A DNA stretch of 64,000 nucleotides from Bryobacterales bacterium (GTDB lineage Bacteria > Acidobacteriota > Terriglobia > Bryobacterales > UBA6623). The position numbers and the translations under genes are program-made. Under the pieces are notes generated by a model. It worked only from the letters and a program-made list of their open reading frames with translations. It had not been told where the DNA came from and ran no database searches. This document shows, piece after piece, positions 45,255 through 55,042 of this stretch (position 1 is the stretch's first letter; each line of letters starts with the position of its first letter). The stretch is taken from positions 534,726-598,725 of the forward strand of contig CBDCFO010000008.1 of assembly GCA_965216215.1 (NCBI GenBank). The letters are read 5' to 3'.

Positions 45255-45550
45255 GGAAACAGCCACTGCATGAAATTGACAGCGCCGATCGCCATGCCGA
45301 CACCGAAGATCAGACCGGCCAGGGCGCGCTTGCTGCCGCCCTCACCAAACGCGAACATCAGGCCGCCGACGACAATCGCGATCAGGCTGAGGCCGCGCGC
45401 GATCGGGCCGGTAAACGCGGTCTGCAGGACTGTCACGGCCTGCAGCCAGGGACTGACAGCCTGGGCGAGCAACGCTTGGGGAAGCGCCGCGAGCACGGCC
45501 AGCAAGCAGCTGGCGCGCCTGGCGGCGCGGAAAGAAAGGGAACGGGGCAT
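45251..45550 (-). CDS. virB2: VirB2/TrbC-family pilin
   Basis: Start MPRSLSF 7 nt after AAGGAGG. A long signal peptide and two hydrophobic helices: IARGLSLIAIVVGGLMFAFGEGG...LAGLIFGVGMAIGAVNFMQWLF. Confidence 0.7.
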   Translation of the reverse strand: MPRSLSFRAARRASCLLAVLAALPQALLAQAVSPWLQAVTVLQTAFTGPIARGLSLIAIVVGGLMFAFGEGGSKRALAGLIFGVGMAIGAVNFMQWLFP

Positions 45551-45692
45551 GATGGAGCCTCCTTGTTTGGAAATGGGATGGTCGAGAGTTCCGCGAGGGA
45601 CGGAATGCGGGGCCGATCGGAGCCTGCAATGAATCAAACGGTGTCGCTTCGCGCCTCCGCTCCGTGCCTCCGCAGAACTAATCTACGAGTAG

Positions 45693-45720
45693 AGTATAGT
45701 ATCTATATATAGATTGTCAA
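45693..45720 (-). promoter_or_regulatory. Near-consensus sigma70-type promoter for the T4SS operon with a palindromic spacer
   Basis: Minus strand reads TTGACA (45715-45720), a 16-nt spacer, then TATACT (45693-45698). The spacer contains the perfect 14-nt palindrome ATCTATATATAGAT (45701-45714). Confidence 0.5.
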
Positions 45721-45978
45721 GGGAAAAGCGAAAAAAATTCGAAACCCGTGATCGGAGGGACTCCCCGCCGGGCAATTTTCTGAAGTGCGGCCCCTGGCTG
45801 TGCACGCCTCGCGTGATCTGCCCTTAGCCAGTGCCAACCGCTTCCCGGACCTAGGCACGGATGCAACCAAGCGCAATTGCGGCGTTGCTGTCTGTAACGA
45901 GGGCGAGTACGATAACCATGTGCTGGATTTACTCTGGGAGCGTTCCGGCTGCTCGTCAAAGGGTTCTAATCAGAAGGA

Positions 45979-48573
45979 ATGACAACCCTCTTGCTACCAA
46001 GACTCGCGCGGTGCCTCGCTGTCCTGCTTGCATCGCTGCTGGCGCAGGCAGGATCAGGCCAGCAGTCGCAGCCCGAAAACGCGAATGCGGTACGCGTCGA
46101 CTTCGCGAAGCAAATCGCGCCGATCCTGGAGAATCGCTGCCTGGCGTGCCACGGTGCGGCGCAGCAGCTGAGCGGGTTGCGCCTTGACAATGGCGGGGCG
46201 GCCCTCAAGGGTGGCTATTCCGGACCCGTTATCGTGCCGGGCGACAGCGGGGCGAGCCGGCTCGTCCGGCTTGTGTCCGGTCGCGAAGAGCCCCTGGTCA
46301 TGCCACCGGCTGGGGAGCGCTTGCCTCCCGAGGAGATCGACCTGCTTCGTGCATGGATCGATCAAGGAGCCGACTGGCCCGTGACTGCGGCAGTTGCAGA
46401 GGCGGATGCGACGGACGTCGCCCACTGGGCGTTCCAACCGATCTCCAAACCGTCGCCTCGCGCCGTCCGGCGCGAATCATGGGTACGCAACCCGATCGAT
46501 ACGTTCGTCCTGGCTAGGCTGGAGCAGGAAGGAATCGACCCTGCCCCGCCCGCAAGCGACGTTACGCTCATCCGGCGTGTAAGCCTTGACCTCACCGGCC
46601 TGCCGCCGTCCGTCCGGGACGTCGATGCCTTCGTGCGAGATCCAAGCCCGAAGGCTTACGAGCGCTTCGTGGACAACCTGCTGGAATCGCCTCACTACGG
46701 CGAGCGCTGGGCGATCCAGTGGCTCGATCTCGCCCGCTACGCTGACACGGACGGATACGAGAAGGACAGCGAGAGGCCGTACGCGTGGCGCTGGCGCCAA
46801 TGGGTGATTGACGCGCTCAACAACGACATGCCCTTCGACCGGTTCACGATCGAGCAAATCGCGGGGGACGCGCTTCCGGGAGCGAGCGTGGACCAGCAGG
46901 TTGCGACAGGATTCCATCGCAACGGGCTCAAGAACCGCGAAGGCGGCGTGAAGATAGAGCAGTTCCGGTTCGAGGAGACCGTGGACAGGGCGAACACGGT
47001 CGGTACCGTCTGGCTCGGCCTGACGGTCGGCTGCGCGCAGTGCCACGACCACAAGTACGATTCGATCTCGCAAGAAGACTACTACCGCCTCTTCGCCTTC
47101 TTCAACACGGTCGACGAAGCGGAGATAGCCGCTCCGATGGCGGGCGAGACGGGGCCGTACCTGAAGGCGCTTCCGGGGTACCTGGCGCGCCGTCGCCAGC
47201 TGCTCGAAGAAAACCGCGTCTACGAACTGCAGCCGGCTTGGGAAGCCAAGATGGTCGAGGCCGCTGACAACCCGGGGAAATGGACCGACTGGGACCACGC
47301 GCTGGACGCACTGCAGAAGTATCTGGACAACGGCGAAGGCATCGCCAGGAAACCGCGATCCGAGCGCGCTGACAGAGAGCAGCGGAAGCTCGAGGACCAC
47401 TTCATCAAGAATTATCACCGCGTAATCTCGAAGGACTTGTGGAAGGAATTGGATTGGGTCAGCTTGCGCGCGGAACTCCTGCAATTACGCGCGGAAACCC
47501 CGGATATAACCTACGCGCGGACGGTCTCTGACTCGGCCCGTCTCACCCATGTCCATCTCCGAGGCGGGTGGAACACCCCCGGCGTCCCGGTCGAGCCGGG
47601 CACTCCACGCATTCTGCCTGCGATGGAGCAGCAGGGTAAGCACCCTAGGCTCGCACTCGCCGAGTGGCTCGTCTCGCGCAACAATCCGCTGACTGCCCGC
47701 GTCACCGTCAACCGCGTTTGGCAGGAGTATTTCGAGCGCGGGATCGTGCCGACCGCAGACGATTTCGGCACACGCAGTCCCGGCCCCTCCCACCCCGCCC
47801 TGCTCGACTGGCTCGCATCCGAGTTCATGGACAGCGGATGGAGCTTGAAGAAGCTGCACAAGTCCATCGTGACGTCCGCCACGTACCGGCAATCGTCCGC
47901 GAGTCGACCGGAGACCGAAGGGATGGACCCGGAGAACGTGCTCCTCGCCAGGCAGCGGCGCATGCGCCTTCCCGCCGAGATGGTGCGCGACGCGGCCCTG
48001 GCGGTCAGCGGCCTACTGAATCCCGAGATTGGGGGCCCGAGCGTTCGGCCTCCGCAGCCGGAAGGTGTCGCTGACCTAGCCTACGCGGGGTCGGTCAAGT
48101 GGGAAGCGAGCCACGGCATGGACCGCTACAGGCGCGGGCTATACACCTTCCTGCAGCGCACCGTGCCCTATCCGCAGCTCGTCAACTTCGACATGCCGGA
48201 CAGGACGGCAGCGCGCTGCACGCGGGAGCGATCCAACACCCCGCTGCAGGCATTGAACCTGCTCAATGACGCCACGTTCGTGGAGGCGGCGCGAGCGCTG
48301 GCGCTTCGGAGCCTGGAAGCGAGCGGAGGAGAGTTCGAAGGCACGCTCCACGAGGCTTTCCGCCTGTGCGTCGCCAGGGAACCGACCGCAGCCGAGCTGC
48401 GGCACCTGAAGGACTACTACTCCCACCAGGAGGCTATCTTCGATTCGGAACGAGAACTCGCCAAGGATTTCATGCCGCTCGCAATACCCGGATTGGAGCC
48501 GGCAGAAGCAGCGGCTTGGACGGGTGTGGCAAGCGTCCTGCTGAACCTGGACGAGTTCATCACCCGCGAGTAG
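45979..48573 (+). CDS. PSCyt1/DUF1549/DUF1553 (planctomycete cytochrome-c domain) protein
   Basis: FAKQIAPILENRCLACHG (CxxCH). NPIDTFVLARLEQEGIDPAPPA...LIRRVSLDLTGLPPS (DUF1549). TVGCAQCHDHKYDSISQEDYYRLFAFFN. C-terminal DUF1553. Confidence 0.9.
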   Translation: MTTLLLPRLARCLAVLLASLLAQAGSGQQSQPENANAVRVDFAKQIAPILENRCLACHGAAQQLSGLRLDNGGAALKGGYSGPVIVPGDSGASRLVRLVSGREEPLVMPPAGERLPPEEIDLLRAWIDQGADWPVTAAVAEADATDVAHWAFQPISKPSPRAVRRESWVRNPIDTFVLARLEQEGIDPAPPASDVTLIRRVSLDLTGLPPSVRDVDAFVRDPSPKAYERFVDNLLESPHYGERWAIQWLDLARYADTDGYEKDSERPYAWRWRQWVIDALNNDMPFDRFTIEQIAGDALPGASVDQQVATGFHRNGLKNREGGVKIEQFRFEETVDRANTVGTVWLGLTVGCAQCHDHKYDSISQEDYYRLFAFFNTVDEAEIAAPMAGETGPYLKALPGYLARRRQLLEENRVYELQPAWEAKMVEAADNPGKWTDWDHALDALQKYLDNGEGIARKPRSERADREQRKLEDHFIKNYHRVISKDLWKELDWVSLRAELLQLRAETPDITYARTVSDSARLTHVHLRGGWNTPGVPVEPGTPRILPAMEQQGKHPRLALAEWLVSRNNPLTARVTVNRVWQEYFERGIVPTADDFGTRSPGPSHPALLDWLASEFMDSGWSLKKLHKSIVTSATYRQSSASRPETEGMDPENVLLARQRRMRLPAEMVRDAALAVSGLLNPEIGGPSVRPPQPEGVADLAYAGSVKWEASHGMDRYRRGLYTFLQRTVPYPQLVNFDMPDRTAARCTRERSNTPLQALNLLNDATFVEAARALALRSLEASGGEFEGTLHEAFRLCVAREPTAAELRHLKDYYSHQEAIFDSERELAKDFMPLAIPGLEPAEAAAWTGVASVLLNLDEFITRE

Positions 48574-48577
48574 TCGG

Positions 48578-50029
48578 ATGCAAACAGAGACAAGCATGGA
48601 TCATTCCGACTACCGCGACATTTCGACGAGGCGCCATTTCTTCCGGTACTGCGCCGGTGGGCTCGACACGGCCGCCTTGGCGTACCTCGTCGGCAGCCAT
48701 GCCAGCGCTGTCGCCGCGGACGTTCCGCCCAATCCCCTAGCACCGAGGCCATCGCATTTCGCGCCGAAGGCAAAGAATGTGATTTTCCTGCTCATGGCCG
48801 GGGCGCCCAGCCAGATCGACCTCTACGACCCCAAGCCCGCTCTGCAGCGCTGGCACGGCCAACCGCTGCCCGAGTCGATGACGAAGGATCTCAGCTTGGC
48901 GTTCGTCAAGCCGAGCGCGAAAGTGCTTGCCAGCCCCCGGGTGTTCCGTCCCTATGGCGAGAGCGGCACCGAGTTCTCGGACTACATTCCGCATATCGCT
49001 TCTCGCGCCGACGACATCTGCCTCGTGCGCTCGATGCATACCGAGGCGTTCAACCACCATCCCGGTCAATCGCTGCTGATGAGCGGCAGCGTGCAGCTTG
49101 GGCGCCCAACCGTGGGGGCATGGGTTTCCTACGGTTTGGGCAGCGAGTCCGAGAACCTTCCCGCATTCGTCGTGCTGAGTTCCGGACGCGGGTCGAGCGG
49201 CGGGTCAAGCAATTGGTCCAACGGGTTCCTGGACTCAACCTACCAGGGAGTCGTCTTCCGCAATACCGGAGAGCCGATCCTCTTCCTGAAGAATCCCCCC
49301 GGCGTCAGCGAGCGCACACAGCGAGCCCGTCTCGATGCCATCCGCAAGCTGAACGAAGAGCGGCATGCGCAGACAGGTGACGCCGAGATCGCTTCGCGGA
49401 TCCAGTCGTATGAACTGGCGTTCCGCATGCAATCGGCGGCCCCGGAACTGCTCGACTTCACCGAGGAGTCCCAAGCGACGCTGGACATGTACGGCGTCGG
49501 CAAAGAGCCCACGCATCCGTACGCCACGAACTGCCTGCTGGCGCGGCGAATGGTCGAGAAAGGCGTTCGCTTCGTGATGCTGGCGCACGCCAGCTGGGAC
49601 GATCACCAGGAAATCGACAGGAAGCTCGGCAAGAACTGCGCGATCACGGATCAACCGGCGGGCGCACTGCTGAAAGACCTAAAGCAACGCGGTCTGCTGG
49701 ACTCGACACTAGTCGTCTGGGGCGGCGAATTCGGCCGCACGCCCATGGGGCAATTGGAGCGAGTCGACGAAGCAGCGGGAAGGGATCACCACGCCAAGTG
49801 CTTCAGCGTCTGGATGGCCGGCGGCGGTATTCGAGGCGGACAGGTCATCGGCAAGACTGACGAACTCGGTTTGGGCATCGAGGAGGATCCCGTTCATGTG
49901 CACGACCTGCAGGCGACAATCCTGCACACGCTGGGGCTGGACCACGAGCGCCTCACCTATCGACATATGGGCCGGGATTTTCGGCTGACCGACGTAGCCG
50001 GGACGGTCTTGTCCCAAGCACTGTCGTAG
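48578..50029 (+). CDS. DUF1501 (sulfatase-fold) protein with Tat signal
   Basis: STRRHFFRYCAGG twin-arginine region. Motifs NVIFLLMAGAPSQIDLYDPKP, GGEFGRTP and GRDHH. Confidence 0.9.
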   Translation: MQTETSMDHSDYRDISTRRHFFRYCAGGLDTAALAYLVGSHASAVAADVPPNPLAPRPSHFAPKAKNVIFLLMAGAPSQIDLYDPKPALQRWHGQPLPESMTKDLSLAFVKPSAKVLASPRVFRPYGESGTEFSDYIPHIASRADDICLVRSMHTEAFNHHPGQSLLMSGSVQLGRPTVGAWVSYGLGSESENLPAFVVLSSGRGSSGGSSNWSNGFLDSTYQGVVFRNTGEPILFLKNPPGVSERTQRARLDAIRKLNEERHAQTGDAEIASRIQSYELAFRMQSAAPELLDFTEESQATLDMYGVGKEPTHPYATNCLLARRMVEKGVRFVMLAHASWDDHQEIDRKLGKNCAITDQPAGALLKDLKQRGLLDSTLVVWGGEFGRTPMGQLERVDEAAGRDHHAKCFSVWMAGGGIRGGQVIGKTDELGLGIEEDPVHVHDLQATILHTLGLDHERLTYRHMGRDFRLTDVAGTVLSQALS

Positions 50030-50043
50030 ACGTCCGATTCGAC

Positions 50044-50883
50044 GTGCGCCGCTTCCCTCGACTCGGTGCTCTTGGCGTCGCCACCGTCGCAGCTGCCTTG
50101 GCACAGGGCGTTGTCAGGCCACCCGGCGTTGACTCCGAACCCGCCGGAATCACGTCGGTTGCGAATGACACCGAGATTATCGAGCGAACCCGCCGCATCG
50201 CGCTGGCGTACACCGACAACCTGCCAAATTTCATTTGCACGCAGGTCAGCCGCAGTTTCGGTGATCCCTCCGCCGACGGCTCCGCCTGGGAGCAGTACAG
50301 GGAGGTTGTCGCCGAGGTCCGTTACGTCGGCAAGCAAGACTCCTACCGCACGCTCACTGTCAACGGCCATCCGTCCAACGTAGAGTTCAAACTTGTCTCG
50401 CCATTCATCGGCGCGTTCGGAACCGCTCTTCGGCAGATGTTCCGGCCGGAAAGCAAGGCCGAGTTCGAGCGCACCGTCGACGCCGTCATAGACGGGCGCG
50501 GGGCGTACGTCTTTGACGTGGTGCTGCCGAAGCGTCACCGCGGCGGCGGGGCACTCTGGCTTGGGCACGACAGGTCCGGCGCGCGAATACGGGAAATCCA
50601 TGTCGGCAGCAGGGGTCAGGTCGCAATCGAGATGGAAACGGGCCGTGTGCTGTGGATTGAGAGCAGCGAAGCGCTGGGTATCCCACCCGACTATCCTGTC
50701 CGTCAATCCGGCTTCCGAATCGCCTACGGCTACGTGACAATCGGTGACGGCACCTACTTAGTGCCCGTGCGGGGGTGGAATGCCACCCGCACGACCCGGC
50801 CCTCTTCCTTTCGAGACGACATCGAGTGGCGCGACTGCCGCAGGTTCGATGTCGAATCGGAGCTTACCTTCGAGTCCAAGTAG
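50044..50883 (+). CDS. Secreted hypothetical protein
   Basis: GTG start 15 nt after the DUF1501 stop. Signal-like RRFPRLGALGVATVAAALAQG. Coding-like composition. I recognise no family. Confidence 0.5.
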   Translation: MRRFPRLGALGVATVAAALAQGVVRPPGVDSEPAGITSVANDTEIIERTRRIALAYTDNLPNFICTQVSRSFGDPSADGSAWEQYREVVAEVRYVGKQDSYRTLTVNGHPSNVEFKLVSPFIGAFGTALRQMFRPESKAEFERTVDAVIDGRGAYVFDVVLPKRHRGGGALWLGHDRSGARIREIHVGSRGQVAIEMETGRVLWIESSEALGIPPDYPVRQSGFRIAYGYVTIGDGTYLVPVRGWNATRTTRPSSFRDDIEWRDCRRFDVESELTFESK

Positions 50884-51332
50884 GCGAACCAATGCTGATC
50901 CCCGATCCGGAAAGCCGAGCAAATGATCGGGATCTCGAGTCACGGACCTGAAGTGAGGAAATCCGCCGGAGTCGGTCCTCGTATCTTGTGGATCGCATTT
51001 GGACATAGCCATCAACCGGCCGAAGTAAGTCGACGAGTCCGAAGGCCGGGGCAACCAGGCCAAGCGATTCAATGCAGGGAAGGCCGACGCCAGCGTTCGC
51101 GACCGGCAACTGAGTTGGATGACGGCCCAGCTCAACTTCGGGGTTCCGCGGCATCCCGCTCCGATCCTCGATCCGTAGGCAACGATCCCGAATGTCTTCG
51201 GGCTTGACCGCGAGCAACTCACCGATCGGCTCTTGGCACCGGTCTGGCGCAACCGGGGTTGGCGAGGCTCTCACGCGAGATCACTTCAGTGCCGTCTGCA
51301 ACTCCACCGACGCTGTAGGTGGGGGCTGGGTA

Positions 51333-53150
51333 TCATTCGCGCCGGAGCGGATCGATTGCAGCCGCGGACTTGGCCAGCCGGACAAGATTCGTGAATTCGG
51401 CGCGATAACCAAAGTTGTCCTCACCCCTCGTGCTCATGGCCAGTCCAATCACGTCGTCATAGCTCAAGTCCCCGGTGTAGCGGCCCCCGCGCAGAAGTTG
51501 CCCGAAGCCGGCGACGGCGGCGGAGAATCGGGCTTCCTGCGAGACAATGCCGGATTCGGCGATTTCGTCGGCCTGGGTGACCGGTCGAGTGATGACTTCG
51601 CTGGTATCGCTGCCTGGAGCCTTGAAACGGATCTTGAGAAACGCATACTCCCCCGAGAAGGCACTGTCAGGCAAGGCGGGCTCGCGCTGGTAGCGAAGGT
51701 CTCCTACGAGCGCTGCTCCCGACCCCGTCGGCGTCAGTTCGTAGATTGCGGTCACTGTGTGGCCGGATCCTATCTCCCCTGCATCGACTTTGTCGTTGCG
51801 GAAGTCCTCGCGTGCCAGCATTCGGGACTCGTAGCCGATCAACCGATACTCCTGGATCAGCTCGGGATTGAACTCGATCTGAATCTTGACGTCGTTAGCG
51901 ATTGGGAACAATGTCGAGGTGACTTCCTCGACCATTACCTTGCGCGCTTCCATCAGGTTGTCGATATAGGCGGCATGGCCGTTGCCGTTCTGGGCAAGGG
52001 CCTGCATCAGGGCGTCGTTGTAATTGCCCCTGCCAAAGCCGAGCACTGACAGGTACACTCCTTTCTCGCGCTTCCGCTCGACGAAACTCTTTAGTTCTTC
52101 CGTGTCAGTGATGCCGACATTGAAATCACCGTCAGTGGCGAGGATCACGCGATTGACGCCGTCCTCGGCAAGGTTTTGATCAGCGAGCAGATAGGCTTGG
52201 CGGATCCCTTCCGCTCCGGCCGTCGACCCGCCCGCGCGGACGCGTTCGAGGGTGGCAAGGATCGTGCCCCGCTCTACGGCCTTAGTCGGTTCGAGGGCGA
52301 CGCCTGCCGAACCTGCGTAGGTGACAATCGCCACCGTGTCATCCGGAGCGAGCGAATCGAGCAGGAGCTTGAATGAGTTGACCAGCAACGGCAGCTTGTT
52401 TGGAGCCCTCATGGATCCGGAAGTGTCGATCAGGAAAACCAGATTCGCAGGCGGCGGACTGGCCTGATCCAACTCATAGCCCTTGATGCCGATGTGCAAG
52501 AGCCGGGTGCCGGTGTTCCACGGCGTCGGCATCAGCGAAGCGGTAACTGAAAACGGCGAGCCGCGATCTTCGGGGACTGGGTAGTCATAGGGAAAGTAGT
52601 TGATCAGCTCCTCCACCCGCACTGCGTTCTTTTGGGGCAAGACGCCCTGTTCCAGTGAGGCGCGCACGAAGCTGTACGAAGCAGTGTCAACGTCGATCGA
52701 AAAGGTCGATACCGAGTTTTCGGCTACAACGCTGACTGGACTCTCTGGGAAGTCGGTGAAGCGATCTCTTCCCTGTTCTCGAATCCACGCGGGTCGGATC
52801 TCCAGCCTACGTGCGCTAGGCTGTGGGCTCACAAAGGAGCCTAGGGTACCCCCAACGACTCCAGACGGCCTAGGACGGTTGGCAGTACGGAGCGGCGGGG
52901 CGGGTGGCGCAGCGGCTGCTGGTCTCGCAACAGCTGCAGCCTTCGAATCGGCTGTTGGTGTCGCGACCACTGCGGGCTTCGCATCTGCTGCCGGCTGTGC
53001 GGCAGCTGCTGGCTCCGCCGCAGTTTTTTCAGTGGTTGCTTCTTCTTTCGGCCCCGGTGGAGTTTGGACAGCCGAAGGCTGATTCATGGAACTACATGCA
53101 GCGGCCCAGAGCAGCGCAACACAGCACAACGAAAGCAGCCCCCATTGCAT
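51333..53150 (-). CDS. von Willebrand factor type A protein (YfbK-like: vWF_A N-terminal + vWA + DUF3520), lipoprotein
   Basis: Start at MQWGLLSLCCVALLWAAAC (lipobox), then an Ala/Pro-rich linker. Motifs STFSIDVDTASYSFVR, RVEELINYF and the MIDAS NLVFLIDTSGSM. Confidence 0.85.
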   Translation of the reverse strand: MQWGLLSLCCVALLWAAACSSMNQPSAVQTPPGPKEEATTEKTAAEPAAAAQPAADAKPAVVATPTADSKAAAVARPAAAAPPAPPLRTANRPRPSGVVGGTLGSFVSPQPSARRLEIRPAWIREQGRDRFTDFPESPVSVVAENSVSTFSIDVDTASYSFVRASLEQGVLPQKNAVRVEELINYFPYDYPVPEDRGSPFSVTASLMPTPWNTGTRLLHIGIKGYELDQASPPPANLVFLIDTSGSMRAPNKLPLLVNSFKLLLDSLAPDDTVAIVTYAGSAGVALEPTKAVERGTILATLERVRAGGSTAGAEGIRQAYLLADQNLAEDGVNRVILATDGDFNVGITDTEELKSFVERKREKGVYLSVLGFGRGNYNDALMQALAQNGNGHAAYIDNLMEARKVMVEEVTSTLFPIANDVKIQIEFNPELIQEYRLIGYESRMLAREDFRNDKVDAGEIGSGHTVTAIYELTPTGSGAALVGDLRYQREPALPDSAFSGEYAFLKIRFKAPGSDTSEVITRPVTQADEIAESGIVSQEARFSAAVAGFGQLLRGGRYTGDLSYDDVIGLAMSTRGEDNFGYRAEFTNLVRLAKSAAAIDPLRRE

Positions 53151-54028
53151 GCCTCTGGGCAGCTTCCCGGTGCTCCGGCTGGATGGGAGCGGCGAGGCTG
53201 GTGTACCCGAGCACAGCTGAGATGATTTGGCAGACTCGCCCGCGACGACGGCCTGGAACCAATTGAGAAGAGTCGGCGCTGCCGACTGGCGTGATGCGCG
53301 GAAACGTGCCCCCCAACGCGGCATTGAGTGTCTCATGCCGTAGTAGACACCCTAAGACTGCAAAACGTTCCAAGGGTGAACGTTGCCCTCGTGCGGCGGC
53401 TCCGTCGTATCCCCGCACCATTCTGGATGGGGTCTGCTACCCGGATCAGACGAGCATTTGGGTAATCACAATGCAGGATGCTCGGTATCGCCCGGTCAAG
53501 GCTGCGAAGATCTCGCCGTGCTCCGCCGCCGCAAATGGTTGCAACTGCGATTGCGCGCTGCCATGCCGTGTTGTTCGCTGCATGCACCTTTTTGTGAGCC
53601 AGTCCCTGTGACGACATTGAACCTCGAGTCCCCCTGAGTGCCCGCTCTTCGCCGGAGTGGTCTTAGGCATCGTGCGTGAATATGATGGCCGCTTAGATAC
53701 CGATGGAGCGGCCACAGCAATCGAGGATCGTGTCCCGGGAGGGGTGCGTGTTACCCAATATCCCCGCGAACTGGCTTGTCGTCATCTCAGTCGAACTTCG
53801 AATCGAATACAATCACAGATTCCAATTCCGAGCCACGGGTGGCCTCTATCACTCGGGGTGACCGACGAGATATGCGAGGTTGCAAGTGCCCGTCAATCCT
53901 TGTCACTACGCAGTCGGAAGACCGTCCCAGACGCCTCCAACCCGTCTTCGTCCCGGACAGGCATCCAAATCACGTGGCTGCTGTTCCCGGCAGCGCCAAG
54001 GATGAGGAATCATATGATCGAAATATTA

Positions 54029-54058
54029 TTGACACACGACATTCGTAGACCATATGAT
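54029..54058 (+). promoter_or_regulatory. Sigma70-like promoter of the three-gene operon with flanking CATATGAT motifs
   Basis: TTGACA (54029-54034), 18 nt, TATGAT (54053-54058). The perfect palindrome ATCATATGAT lies at 54009-18, and a second CATATGAT (54051-58) overlaps the -10. Confidence 0.4.
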
Positions 54059-54072
54059 AGACGGAGGGAGGA

Positions 54073-54459
54073 ATGAGCGCCTCCGGGAACATTCGGAAGC
54101 GCTGCCCCGGAATCGATGCGGCTACAAGGAGCCAGTTGGTTCTCCGCGCTCGCCATTCGAGGACTCGGACTGCGACGTTCACTATACAGCGGCTCACGCA
54201 TTGGCGCCCGACCGAGGTCTATAACCCAGACGGTGTGCTCGACACCCACTTCACGGACGCAACAGCTTGGGAGTTCATCGCCTCTAGGCTGGAGGCTGGC
54301 GAGGACGTGGAGGTCATGACACTCCAAAGACCGAAGGGTGCGAAGGGCTATGTCATGAAGATCGATCTGGGACCGGGTAGACCCGAACTGTACGTGAAGC
54401 TCCAGATGGGGCCGAAGAAAGTTATCGGGAGGAGCTTCCACTACTCCGAACAACGGTGA
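54073..54459 (+). CDS. Small basic protein, putative MqsR-like toxin
   Basis: GGAGGGAGG Shine-Dalgarno. The C-terminus GYVMKIDLGPGRPELYVKLQMGPKKVIGRSFHYSE resembles the terminal beta-strands of MqsR (YLKITVI..VLIVSFKE). It lies directly upstream of and overlapping an MqsA-type gene. The family call is tentative. Confidence 0.45.
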   Translation: MSASGNIRKRCPGIDAATRSQLVLRARHSRTRTATFTIQRLTHWRPTEVYNPDGVLDTHFTDATAWEFIASRLEAGEDVEVMTLQRPKGAKGYVMKIDLGPGRPELYVKLQMGPKKVIGRSFHYSEQR

Positions 54460-55037
54460 AGGGACGACGCATCATGGTACAGAACGACACGAATTGGCAT
54501 TCAGTTCACGGTGTTCCGGGTGACCTCGTCTGCCCACTGTGCGAAGGAGAGTCAATTGTCACACTACAGCATCCCGATACCTTCAACTACGGTTCCGGCG
54601 ATTCCGCCGTCACCCTGGAGGTTGACCTACCCGTTCGCCGTTGCACGGCATGCGACTTCGAGTTTGTAGACCATGAGGGAGAGCGCCTCCGGCACGAAGC
54701 AGTGTGCCGGCACCTAAGAATCCTGTCCCCAGCTGAAGTGCGTGACGTCCGGCAGCAGCACGGGATGACCAAGGCCGCGTTCGCCCAGGTCACCGGTCTC
54801 GGCGAGGCTACCCTGAGCCGCTGGGAGAATGGCGCGGTGGTACAGAACAGGGCGAACGACCTCTACCTTCGACTGCTCACCACCCCTTGGATTATGACCA
54901 AACTGCAAGACCTGTCCGCTCCCGAGCCCGCGCCCTCTGAGGGAACCGTTGTCACTGGCCAGCGATTCCGCGAGTTGGAAGTGTCCCAGAGCATGCGTCG
55001 GAAGCAGGCAGGTTTCCAGCTCCGACTTGCGAGCTGA
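54456..55037 (+). CDS. MqsA-like antitoxin: N-terminal zinc ribbon + HTH (XRE) domain + about 55-aa C-terminal extension
   Basis: CPLC...(32 aa)...CTAC four-Cys ribbon. HTH MTKAAFAQVTGLGEATLSRWENGAVVQNRA. GTGA overlap with the upstream stop (alternative ATG at 54474). Confidence 0.7.
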   Translation: MKGRRIMVQNDTNWHSVHGVPGDLVCPLCEGESIVTLQHPDTFNYGSGDSAVTLEVDLPVRRCTACDFEFVDHEGERLRHEAVCRHLRILSPAEVRDVRQQHGMTKAAFAQVTGLGEATLSRWENGAVVQNRANDLYLRLLTTPWIMTKLQDLSAPEPAPSEGTVVTGQRFRELEVSQSMRRKQAGFQLRLAS

Positions 55038-55042
55038 TCCCG

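Noticed and set aside
50897-50934. Hairpin GATCCCCGATC-N17-GATCGGGATC between convergent genes as a terminator
   Set aside because: The stem is imperfect with a 17-nt loop and no T-run on either strand. That is not convincing enough to annotate.
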